From a virus: 64,000 nucleotides of DNA. Positions 22,574 to 31,700 of this stretch are shown in pieces. Numbering within the stretch: position 1 is the stretch's first letter; each line of letters opens with the position of its first letter. The notes beneath the pieces were generated by a model. The model saw only the letters and a list, made by a program, of their open reading frames with translations, was not told the DNA's origin and ran no database searches. The stretch is from IMG/VR virus record IMGVR_UViG_3300024581_002845, one strand, 5' to 3'. Made by a program: the position numbers and the translations under genes.

Positions 22574-23968
22574 TTATTCTAAACCTTGTGATTTTTTATA
22601 AACCTCCGCGGCTCTCTTTAAACCACTTTCTTGTTTCTTGAGTTGGTGGCCTAACAGTGTGTCCTGTTCTGTTACATCAAATTTCATCATCTCATTATCG
22701 AAGAGACAATTATTAAATGTCACACCATCTCTACCTATTCTTGATTTAACCAAGGTTAGGTTCGCTCTCTTACCTTCTTTTTGTTCGAGAGTCTTTGCTA
22801 TTGAAAGGATGATATGTGCGGTTTGTGCTTTCTTAATTGATCCACCCATATCATCTATATTTACGATGTCTGCTGATATTGAACCTCTATTACCTTGAGA
22901 TGCGGTCCAAAATGCGAAGTCAAAATCGGTACACATGGCATCTAATTGTCTGATAATACCACCTTCACCTTTCCATTCTTCATCAAATCCTCTACCTCTT
23001 TCAGCAATTAAACAATCAACATAATCTAAGACTACCATATCTATCTTATAACCTTGTGATTGTAACTTCAAAAGTTTTCTTTTAACGTCACCAACGGTAG
23101 TGTTACCGTTTTGCATTTTTATGAATTTGATATTACCGAAGGTCTCACGATTAATTGCCTCTTTGTATCGTTCAAGGGCTATCGTTTTATTTTCTTCAGT
23201 CCTAACTTGTTCTTTAGCACTCATTTCTGACCAAACAGTGATATGTTTTTGTCTGATTTGTTGTGTTGTGTCCTCAAAAAATATCTGAACAACATTGTGT
23301 CCTGTATTGGCCGCACTATTTGCAAACTTGGATAGAATAGTTGATTTACCCACACCTGTTGGTGCTAAAATCATACCTAATTCACCTCTACCAAGACCAC
23401 CTTCCAATAGATCGTCCAAACCGTCGATACCCGTTGGGATTGGTATTCTCGGATCTAAGTCTAACGCAAAATCCACGTCATCAAAGATGTCAACAATATC
23501 ATCATCAGATGTCCCAACTTGTAAGGACTCTTCAATCATTTCTGTGATTTTATCATATGATTCAAAGTCACCCTTTTCAATGATTTCGTTAACCTTTTTT
23601 AGAGTTTTTTTTAGATCCTGTTGTTTACAGAAATTAAGTGACTTGTCTTTAACCAATGTTTGTCCAACTACAGGGTCTTCAGCATCTTGAATATTTTGTA
23701 GTGTATCTGCATGAATTTTACCTGCAAGTGGGTTACTTGTGTTCTCTCCCGCAATTTTTTGTTTAAGAGTTACATAATTAGGGATAGACCTATAGGTTTG
23801 GGCATATTCCTTTATATGTGTTACAATATATTTGAAAGAATTATTATCAAAGTACTTACTTTCTAAAACCTCTATAATCTGTTCACCATATTTTGGGTCT
23901 TCAATTATTGATTTTATTAATGTTTGTTGGAATTGGAATCCTAATTTACCGAAGGTCATCTCACTCAT
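22574..23968 (-). CDS. dnaB: Replicative DNA helicase (DnaB / T4 gp41-like)
   Basis: IPTGIDGLDDLLEGGLGRGELG, Walker A APTGVGKS, VVLDYVD, WTASQGNR, KSRIG. Confidence 0.92.
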   Translation of the reverse strand: MSEMTFGKLGFQFQQTLIKSIIEDPKYGEQIIEVLESKYFDNNSFKYIVTHIKEYAQTYRSIPNYVTLKQKIAGENTSNPLAGKIHADTLQNIQDAEDPVVGQTLVKDKSLNFCKQQDLKKTLKKVNEIIEKGDFESYDKITEMIEESLQVGTSDDDIVDIFDDVDFALDLDPRIPIPTGIDGLDDLLEGGLGRGELGMILAPTGVGKSTILSKFANSAANTGHNVVQIFFEDTTQQIRQKHITVWSEMSAKEQVRTEENKTIALERYKEAINRETFGNIKFIKMQNGNTTVGDVKRKLLKLQSQGYKIDMVVLDYVDCLIAERGRGFDEEWKGEGGIIRQLDAMCTDFDFAFWTASQGNRGSISADIVNIDDMGGSIKKAQTAHIILSIAKTLEQKEGKRANLTLVKSRIGRDGVTFNNCLFDNEMMKFDVTEQDTLLGHQLKKQESGLKRAAEVYKKSQGLE

Positions 23969-23974
23969 AGTACT

Positions 23975-24427
23975 TTAATTTTTTAATAGTTCGTAATTCA
24001 AATATTTTGTTGTTATATCGTTAGAAGAGAAGGTTTCACTAAGTCCACCGAGTACTCTTCTTAAGATTGGTCTGATGTCCACAGAATATCTCACCTTAGG
24101 GTGATAAATATGTGCGGGAAACACTCTTGAAATAAATACATCGTCATTTTGCTTAATCTCTAATTGGAAGTACTCTTCGGTATCCGGACCTTCATGGTTA
24201 GAAGGGTCGAAAACGGGAAAATAATTTGGATTTTCGTGTAGAAATTCCAAAGTTTTTTCTTTCAAATTTTCTTCAATTTCTTCACAAATTTTTTTGACTT
24301 CGTCATGAAGGTCTAAAGATTTTCTAACATTTGGATTATATCCTTTTACGTTAAAGAATCTTTGACAGATAATGTTCCCACTCAGGGTGAACAAAAATTC
24401 TAATTTAGTAGTTTCGTTGTTACTCAT
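23975..24427 (-). CDS. Hypothetical protein in the replication operon (150 aa)
   Basis: Overlaps the exonuclease gene and ends 6 nt before the helicase start; no recognised motif. Confidence 0.7.
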   Translation of the reverse strand: MSNNETTKLEFLFTLSGNIICQRFFNVKGYNPNVRKSLDLHDEVKKICEEIEENLKEKTLEFLHENPNYFPVFDPSNHEGPDTEEYFQLEIKQNDDVFISRVFPAHIYHPKVRYSVDIRPILRRVLGGLSETFSSNDITTKYLNYELLKN

Positions 24428-25436
24428 TTGTTTTAAATTTTATTACTCTTTTATTTTTCTCTTTACGGGTTAGTCGTAAAAAGGGGTTGAGGAATTTAAT
24501 CCACGCATCATCCGATTTTGGAAGGACTGTAAACAACCCATCTTCCATCATCATCTTCATCGTGTTCTTGTAGGATCTTCCCTCGGGATCCAATTCTTCA
24601 TTTATAAGAGCGGTAATTGTTTCTCTTGCTTCGTCGGTGAGAAACGGTTGGTCTAAACTGACAATACTTTCATTTAAAGAAAAGAACTCCTCCCCAAATA
24701 CACCATACTTGGTTACACCTGTTAGAAGGTTCGCTACTGTCTTGTTGTTTTTGTCTTCTTCAAACATCTTGTTGGATTTATCAATCACTTCTTGAATAGT
24801 GATTGGTCGTTCTCTCAACTCAGGGAATAGGGAAAGGAATTTTTTAATTCCCATATTTTTGATTCCCGCAATGTTATCGGATCGATCCCCACATATCATT
24901 TTAACGATTTTAACGTTCTGTATGTGGATTTCTTCGTGTTCGTAAAGGATTTTATCATCCATCTCATAAAGAAGTCTATGGGAGGGGTTATATACCTTTG
25001 TACGTTCTGAAACTAATTGGGTAAGATCCCCATCAGAAGAATAGACGATCGTATTTTCTTGACTATTCTGTGAGTAGTATGCAATACAATCGTCAGTTTC
25101 ACAGTACTGAAATTCTCCTTGTCGGACATAGAGTTCTTCGAGGTACTGTTGTATTCTTCTTCTCTGTCGTGTGTAAGATTCTTTTTCTTTATCAGTTCTA
25201 AGTCTTTGTCGACGATTTTCTTTGTACTTGTGGTACATTTTTCTTCGAGTAACCGCACCATCTTCACCATCCCAAAAAACCACAATCTTATCAAGTCTGT
25301 AGTTTTCAAAAGATCTTCTTAGTACGTTTAGAAAGTGATAAATACCACCTATGTGTTCTCCTTTATAGAAGTAATTTTTTACTCCATAAAAACCAATAGT
25401 AAGTAAGTTATCTCCGTCTACTAATAAAACTGACAT
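24420..25436 (-). CDS. 5'-3' exonuclease / flap endonuclease (T4 RNase H / PolA N-terminal-like)
   Basis: LLVDGDNL, VVFWDG, R..MY..YKENR, ETDDCIA, SSDGDLTQL, GDRSDNIAGIK. Confidence 0.93.
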   Translation of the reverse strand: MSVLLVDGDNLLTIGFYGVKNYFYKGEHIGGIYHFLNVLRRSFENYRLDKIVVFWDGEDGAVTRRKMYHKYKENRRQRLRTDKEKESYTRQRRRIQQYLEELYVRQGEFQYCETDDCIAYYSQNSQENTIVYSSDGDLTQLVSERTKVYNPSHRLLYEMDDKILYEHEEIHIQNVKIVKMICGDRSDNIAGIKNMGIKKFLSLFPELRERPITIQEVIDKSNKMFEEDKNNKTVANLLTGVTKYGVFGEEFFSLNESIVSLDQPFLTDEARETITALINEELDPEGRSYKNTMKMMMEDGLFTVLPKSDDAWIKFLNPFLRLTRKEKNKRVIKFKTNE

Positions 25437-25463
25437 TAATTAACCTTTAAAAGGTTCAACACT

Positions 25464-26459
25464 CTATTCTTCGTCTTTGATATCAAAATCACCTTCAATA
25501 CCAAGTTGGTTTTTCCAAAATTCAGAGTATTCTGATTTGTAACCTTCCAACGACTTTTTCTCCTCCGCGGCATCTTTCCCTTTAAGGAAACCATGTGCGG
25601 TCACAATGATTCTACCATCTTCATATCCAAGTCCATTGACGTGGTTTTTCATAATAGAAATCTTTGTTCTTGTTGCGAATTTTACCTTTCTCTTATCCTT
25701 AACGGCAGAGATTGGATTTGTACCCGCATTCTTTTGATTACCGAATCTGAAAACTAAGGTTGAGTTTAACCAAATAGACTCACCACCTTTTGCTTTAATC
25801 TTCGGTTGACTAAATGGGTTATCAGGTAGTTCAACCCATGGTTGGTTTACAATAACAAGAGTATTTGTAAACTCAGAATCCACTCTTCTTGAACCTGAAA
25901 CTCTTTGGTTAAGTCCCATACCAATTTTATCGGATAGAACCGATGCATTGTGTTGTTTACCACCTTTACCATCAAAGGTCATCTTACATGGTACAGAACC
26001 TACCGAATCCCATAAGAAAAGAAGATCATACTCTAACTCTCCTTTTTGTTGGGCATCCAATAACTCATTTATATAATCTGTGATCTGTTCTATATATTGG
26101 AACTCATTGTTAAACAAGAAGAACCCATCATATTCGATCTCACCTGTCGATTCATCAACCACCTCTTCAATTTCGAGTCCCATCAATTTTGCGTGAGGGA
26201 AATCCCATTTTTGTTCAGTAATGATGAATACAGGTAATACACCTTTCTTTTGTGCATCCACTGCAGTTTTTACAAGTGCAGTTGTTTTTCCCGTATCAGA
26301 ATGTCCGAGGAACATATTGATGTGACCCATCGCAGGACCCGGTAAACCGGTAGCATCTAAGAAAGCATCACCTAAATCAAAGAACTTGTCGGCTTTAAAC
26401 TTTGCCTGTTTAGAGAACTTTGATTTAATACTTTTAAAATCTTTCTTTTTAATTGCCAT
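25464..26459 (-). CDS. recA: RecA/UvsX-like recombinase
   Basis: Walker A GHSDTGKTT, FLWDSVGS, IVNQ, KGGE, IMKNHV. Confidence 0.9.
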   Translation of the reverse strand: MAIKKKDFKSIKSKFSKQAKFKADKFFDLGDAFLDATGLPGPAMGHINMFLGHSDTGKTTALVKTAVDAQKKGVLPVFIITEQKWDFPHAKLMGLEIEEVVDESTGEIEYDGFFLFNNEFQYIEQITDYINELLDAQQKGELEYDLLFLWDSVGSVPCKMTFDGKGGKQHNASVLSDKIGMGLNQRVSGSRRVDSEFTNTLVIVNQPWVELPDNPFSQPKIKAKGGESIWLNSTLVFRFGNQKNAGTNPISAVKDKRKVKFATRTKISIMKNHVNGLGYEDGRIIVTAHGFLKGKDAAEEKKSLEGYKSEYSEFWKNQLGIEGDFDIKDEE

Positions 26460-26470
26460 ATTGTCTTTTT

Positions 26471-26555
26471 AAAAAGGACCCACCCACTCAGGGACCGACT
26501 TAGTCGGCATCAACTCCACCACGACGTTTCCGTCAATTTTATTTGGGGTGGGTCC
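26471..26555 (-). ncRNA. Putative structured RNA (multi-stem cis element or small RNA) between ssb and recA
   Basis: Outer stem GGACCCACCC (26476-26485) / GGGTGGGTCC (26546-26555). Inner hairpins GACG-GAAA-CGUC and GCCGAC-UAA-GUCGGU on the minus strand, followed by UUUUU. Confidence 0.6.
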
Positions 26556-26563
26556 GTGTTTAA

Positions 26564-27409
26564 TTAAAATGGTAGATCGTCGTCCGCTTCTTGTGTTAAC
26601 TGTGGATCCTCTACCGCTACCTTAGGTGTAATATCACCTCCGAAGTCACTTTCCTCCTCATTCTGAGAAACGAACTTACTTGACTCTTTACTCCACACAG
26701 GTGTCTCACCTAACGCCACTAACTGTAGGTATTCTTGTGGTTTAATAGAGTAAACATCTCTCCAAGTGTCGGGGTGGTTTACCCATCCACTAACAATTTC
26801 CGGATCAGTGTGTAATGGTGATTTATCTTCTTGAATGATAGAATTAATTGATGTGTATTCTCTACCATTAGGTGCTTTGTTCAGAGACAATGAGATGATA
26901 AGATCTCTACCTTCTTGAATATCGGTAATATCACCTTTACTTCTAATGATTGGGATAATCTTATCCAATGGACCATCTCCTTTGTAGTTGTGTTTGAATC
27001 TCCAAAATTTTGGTCCGTCTGATTCATTCTCTCTATCAATAACCTTAACGATGTAGAATTTTCTTGCTCTGTAGTTTCTTGCTAACTTCTTGTCATCTTC
27101 ACTTCCTGTTGCAAGTAATGTTTTTCTTACTTCATTAAGTGGTGATGGTTCCCCATCTTGCGACGGATCATAAAGTTTCATCCATTTTCCGTCCACTTGA
27201 ATTTCGTGGAACTCAACCTCTTTGAATGGTGAAGTACCATCTGTGGTTGGTAGGATTCTAATTCTCTTCTGACCATTGGATGACCCCTTTGGTAGAATTG
27301 TTGTGAAGTATCTTTTGAGTCGGTCTTCAGACGACATTTGGTTGCCGCTTGCGGCTGGTTGCGTGTTCTTCTCATACTGAGATAAAATCGCATCAAGTGA
27401 ATTGCTCAT
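26564..27409 (-). CDS. Single-stranded DNA-binding protein (T4 gp32-like)
   Basis: RIRILP...PF....H pattern, DITDIQEGRDLII, acidic C-terminal tail ending DDDLPF; next to recA. Confidence 0.85.
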   Translation of the reverse strand: MSNSLDAILSQYEKNTQPAASGNQMSSEDRLKRYFTTILPKGSSNGQKRIRILPTTDGTSPFKEVEFHEIQVDGKWMKLYDPSQDGEPSPLNEVRKTLLATGSEDDKKLARNYRARKFYIVKVIDRENESDGPKFWRFKHNYKGDGPLDKIIPIIRSKGDITDIQEGRDLIISLSLNKAPNGREYTSINSIIQEDKSPLHTDPEIVSGWVNHPDTWRDVYSIKPQEYLQLVALGETPVWSKESSKFVSQNEEESDFGGDITPKVAVEDPQLTQEADDDLPF

Positions 27410-27443
27410 AATTATAAATTTTAATTTATTAACGTGTTATAAA

Positions 27444-27472
27444 AATATACAGAAAAAAAGTCTAAGAGTCAA
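27444..27472 (-). promoter_or_regulatory. Sigma70-type promoter for the ssb-recA-exo-helicase-nrdBA operon
   Basis: TTGACT-17 nt-TATATT on the minus strand, about 35 nt upstream of the ssb ATG. Confidence 0.7.
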
Positions 27473-27486
27473 CCCCCTTAGACTTC
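27452..27486 (-). terminator. Rho-independent terminator after the Dps-like gene, overlapping the -35 box above
   Basis: AAGTCTAAG..CTTAGACTT inverted repeat followed by T7 on the minus strand. Confidence 0.8.
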
Positions 27487-27512
27487 ATAAAGTGAAATAT
27501 TTCGTAAAAAAA

Positions 27513-27878
27513 TTACCTAAGTGTCAGTAAATAAGAGAGTTTGTTGATTTCTGCCAACATCTCATCTTTGATGTTAAGTAAGTCTGTGTCTTTAGGGTTG
27601 ATCTCCATCTCCTGAAGTGATACCCTAACAGTTTTGATCATACCTAATACATCCACATCAGAAAGATTCTGAATACTTAGTTGTCTATCTTCCTCACCTA
27701 AAACAAACCTACCGTAGATCCCCATCGCAATTTCAACAAAATTATCGATTAGATCATCCAATTTATCGTAAGTCTCACCAAACGCAATATGTTTAGCATG
27801 ACTTTTAGTTTGCCAGTGTAAGACTTTTAATTGTGATTGTAATTCTAAAAAAGTTCTGACATTACCACTCAACTTCAT
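27513..27878 (-). CDS. Ferritin/Dps-like four-helix protein (DUF5856-like)
   Basis: LKVLHWQTKSHAKHIAFGETYDKLDDLIDNFVE resembles the Dps HW...H...Y...D...E ferroxidase pattern; ends YLLTLR. Confidence 0.7.
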   Translation of the reverse strand: MKLSGNVRTFLELQSQLKVLHWQTKSHAKHIAFGETYDKLDDLIDNFVEIAMGIYGRFVLGEEDRQLSIQNLSDVDVLGMIKTVRVSLQEMEINPKDTDLLNIKDEMLAEINKLSYLLTLR

Positions 27879-28527
27879 TGTCTTCGTCAGGTTCTATATT
27901 AAATGAGTCTCTCATTTGTTTATCGCTGTAGTCTTGAACATCTTGTTTTGTGATTACATATTCGTTCTTACCACTTGCTTGCATGTCGAGTTGTTTCTGA
28001 GAAAAGAACTCTGAAGGTTTTTGATTAAAAGGATATGAATCCAAAGACCTCATCTCAAGTTTTTCTTGTGGTGTTGGTTCTTTCATGTTCTCAACCTTTC
28101 CTTCAAGACCGTCGATCTTTGCAATTACATTGTCCATTTGTGACAACTTACTTTCTAAGTCATCTAACTTAGAGAATAAGTCACCCATTTTACCAACTAC
28201 TTCGTCATTGTCTGATTTCTTAGCATCAAGTTCGTTTTTGATGTTCTGAGTCATATTCACTAAATCAGTGATGTCAATCTCTTCCACATCGAAGTCACCT
28301 TCACCACCCTCAGCCGGTGCATCTCCCGCAGGTTCTTCTGCCGGAACATCTTCCACAGGAGCATCTCCCGCAGGTTCTTCAATTGCAGGAATGTCCTCAA
28401 TAGGATCATCCCCTGTTGGAATATCTTCAGGACTTACTTCTTCCTGTTCGCTGATGACTTTCTTACCATAGTTGTTAATACTATGATGTCTCATCAATTC
28501 CTCTTGTAGTTTTTGTTCTAAGTTCAT
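27862..28527 (-). CDS. Acidic coiled-coil protein of unknown function (221 aa)
   Basis: EEPAGDAP duplicated; heptad stretch LDDLESKLSQMDNVIAKIDGLEGKVENM. Confidence 0.7.
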   Translation of the reverse strand: MNLEQKLQEELMRHHSINNYGKKVISEQEEVSPEDIPTGDDPIEDIPAIEEPAGDAPVEDVPAEEPAGDAPAEGGEGDFDVEEIDITDLVNMTQNIKNELDAKKSDNDEVVGKMGDLFSKLDDLESKLSQMDNVIAKIDGLEGKVENMKEPTPQEKLEMRSLDSYPFNQKPSEFFSQKQLDMQASGKNEYVITKQDVQDYSDKQMRDSFNIEPDEDNEVEW

Positions 28528-28529
28528 AA

Positions 28530-28733
28530 TTAGTCACTCAATAATTGTCTACCGTCTTCGGTTATGTATTTTTTATTAATTCTCTCAACAAGACCATCTT
28601 TACTTCGGATAACGTAACATTCACCTGTGTTCATGTCACATACTTCTTGTTCGGTACCTTCCTCATTAAGGTTTTTTACTCTCTTATTACCTAAGAAATT
28701 ATCTAATGCCGATCCAACTTTTAAATTATCCAT
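28530..28733 (-). CDS. Small hypothetical protein (67 aa)
   Basis: Preceded by TATTTATA; contains VCDMNTGECYV. Confidence 0.7.
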   Translation of the reverse strand: MDNLKVGSALDNFLGNKRVKNLNEEGTEQEVCDMNTGECYVIRSKDGLVERINKKYITEDGRQLLSD

Positions 28734-28784
28734 AATATCTTTTTACTATAAATATCAAGTTTTTAGTAATTGTCCTCAGAATGT

Positions 28785-31700
28785 TTATTGTCTGATGTCA
28801 AAGTAAACAACATCACCCTCTTGTAGTCTTAAGTCTTTCATAAGTTTAGGTGACATCCCCATACCTGTAATAACCTTTGTACCACTACTATCACTAATAG
28901 TCACACTATTAACATCCACAGGACCTTCGATATATGGGTCTCCCACCGCAATGTTTAGTTGGGCATTGGAATCAACGGTTTTAGTCCTACCGTTTAGTGG
29001 GTTTTTAAAATCAGTCTTACAATTAAAGACAAGGTCTTCAGGAATATTACCCGTCTGTACCTTTTTCTTATCAAAATCTAAGAAATAATAATAGTTACTA
29101 TTCGGAGTAATATTGGTATACTTCATATTAGATGGATTAACTAAACGACCACTATTTGTTATGAGTAGAGGTAATGCCAATGTATTAGGTGTATTTTCAT
29201 TAATCTTGGTTACCCTCGTTTTATACCAAATTTGACCCTTATACTTAACCTTCTCTATTGTTTGGTTACCGTTATATCCATTGAATGGGACCGCAAATTC
29301 AGTCACACCACTATCTGATGTTTTAACCTCACCCGGTATAGTAATGGTTTCTTTTAATTTTGGTCCATTTGTAATGTCTTTATCAGACGCCAATTCCGTT
29401 TGTGCCTTGATTTTCGCAAGTGCACTGTTCATTATCTTATCATATAGTATTCTATATGATGCACTGAACGAATCTTTAGGATTAGGTAAACCATCTTTTG
29501 GCATTCTAACTCCCGTAAAACTCGTAGTAATGTTATTGTTCTCTATTCTATGTGAAACCTCAACGATCCAATATGCACCTTCAAATAGTGGTACGTTCTT
29601 TAATTGGAAATACATTGTGGGTTGTATCATCACGTCACCCATCATTTCAACAGAACAACTGTATGATCTTGTTTTATATATGTCATATAGTTGTGTGTCC
29701 ACTTGTGTAATACCCGATCCCGATTCAGATCTCGCAGTATTCTCAATGGCGAGATTACTCTCGAATGTGGATTTAAATTGTGATTGGTCCAACTTGATAC
29801 TTTTAAAAATCCCTTGATTCTGATCACCGAAACTCACTTCAAAGGCAACAACCTTATTTGAATTTTTAATGTCCTCCCTTTCAAAATAGTTAGGGTCTGT
29901 GATTAATACAGGGTTGTCATTAGTACCCCCAACGTTGAATGTGTCATTTTTAAATTTATAGTCTTTGTTAATCGATGATGCATCAACATGTGATGATGGT
30001 TTACCCACATATTGAATAATAATCTTAGGTAATGAGTATTCAACATCAACATCTAAGAACTTACCAAATAGTAGTGATGCCACATCACTTGAGGTTTTAG
30101 TTTTACCTCTTCTTGTATCATTACCATAGAAATTCACGTATGAAGGTAGTGGACGTATGTCAAGATTGTTTCTCGATAGTAATTGAGATATTGCGTTGTA
30201 TAGTCTTAAGTTTTGACTTTCTGGCATTCCTAATGGTATGAGTTTCTTAACATCGAAGAAAAGGTCGTTTCCGATATCTCTATTTGCCTTATCTAAGAAT
30301 AAGAACTCTTCCATTATTAATCTCTGACCTAACGAGTTACCTGCGGTCCATCTATCATTAAATAATTTAAAATTATTGTAGACCTCTAACTTAAGTGGGT
30401 CCTGACCGAAACTTTTAATGATACCAAGATTATTATTTCTATCCTGTACCCTCTCTAAACCACTCATTCTTGATAGTAATCTATTAAGGAACATGGATAG
30501 TCTTTCTTCATGTGGTACAAGTATTTCTGTTCTTAAGTATTCCTCAAAATTTGTTCTACTTGGTTGTTCCCCCGATTGTCTCCAACCCGCATAAGTCTGA
30601 ATAATTTGTCTGTGTGATAGGACATTATCCTCACTTAACTCAATATTACTCACTGAGAAGAATTCTTGGTAGTACCCATCCATGTCTTCTCCGAGATATA
30701 GTTCAATGTATTTAGTGTTATTCGTTAATTGACTAACATTAAACTCACCATTTACAGTTCTTTCAGAAACACCGACATATGAATTTAATTTCTCTAAATT
30801 CAATTCCTTAGGGTTTGTTATAGTCAACTTCATTAAGTTATTACCACTAAGAATGTTACTCGTTATCGTAGTTTGTTTCTTTTCCTGTCTATTTGATATT
30901 GCTCTTTCAACTGTCTCAAGATTGGTTAAATCGTCCCCATCAACTTTTTCAACGGTAACAAGTTCCTTTAAAAGATTTTGGAATCTGTTGTATGTCATAT
31001 TAGGGTATCTACTAAGATCAACCTGAGTGTCCACAACTTCAGTTGAGAACTCTAAGAATGCACTTTCGAATTCATCTAATATGTAAGGGTCAAAAGTCGC
31101 AATTAAATCGATGACCTTTTTCGTATTTGATTCTATGGATATGGTATTATTGGTCGACACCAATTTCTGATTGTACGATGGGAATGTGACCGTATCGAAT
31201 TGGAATTCATCTTTGTGCTCCTCAACCCAATCTACGTTGAAATTAAATTGTTCACCAATACCAAAGTCCGTTGAGTATGGGTATTGTCCATTTACCGAAG
31301 AAACCCTTATTTTTTGTCCATGAGACGGTAATATCGTATATCTCTTATCATCAACATCATACCTACTATTATCAACAAAAGAATTATAGTAATTAAAGTC
31401 ACCTACCTTGAAGGACCTAACCTTTAGTATATTATTAGTGATTGAATTTTCAAACGAATTAGAAGTGGTATCTGTTACGTCATAGTACAAATACCCATTA
31501 ACCACTTGATGGTATATCGATGAATAATATGGATGTAGTCCAATATCTGTTTGGTTGGACCTTGTAATTCCTGTGAATGTTAGATTTAGATTGTTGTCAA
31601 AGTATTCACCCCCATCAATTTGGGTTGTTATATTGTCCATTATATCCACACCTTCAAGAATGTACTTCTTATATCTGTGATATATTGATCCCCATTTTAA

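Noticed and set aside
26471-26555. tRNA gene in the ssb-recA gap
   Set aside because: Only two inner hairpins, no T-loop GTTCRA or D-loop consensus, and a 10-bp closing stem; kept as an unclassified structured RNA instead.
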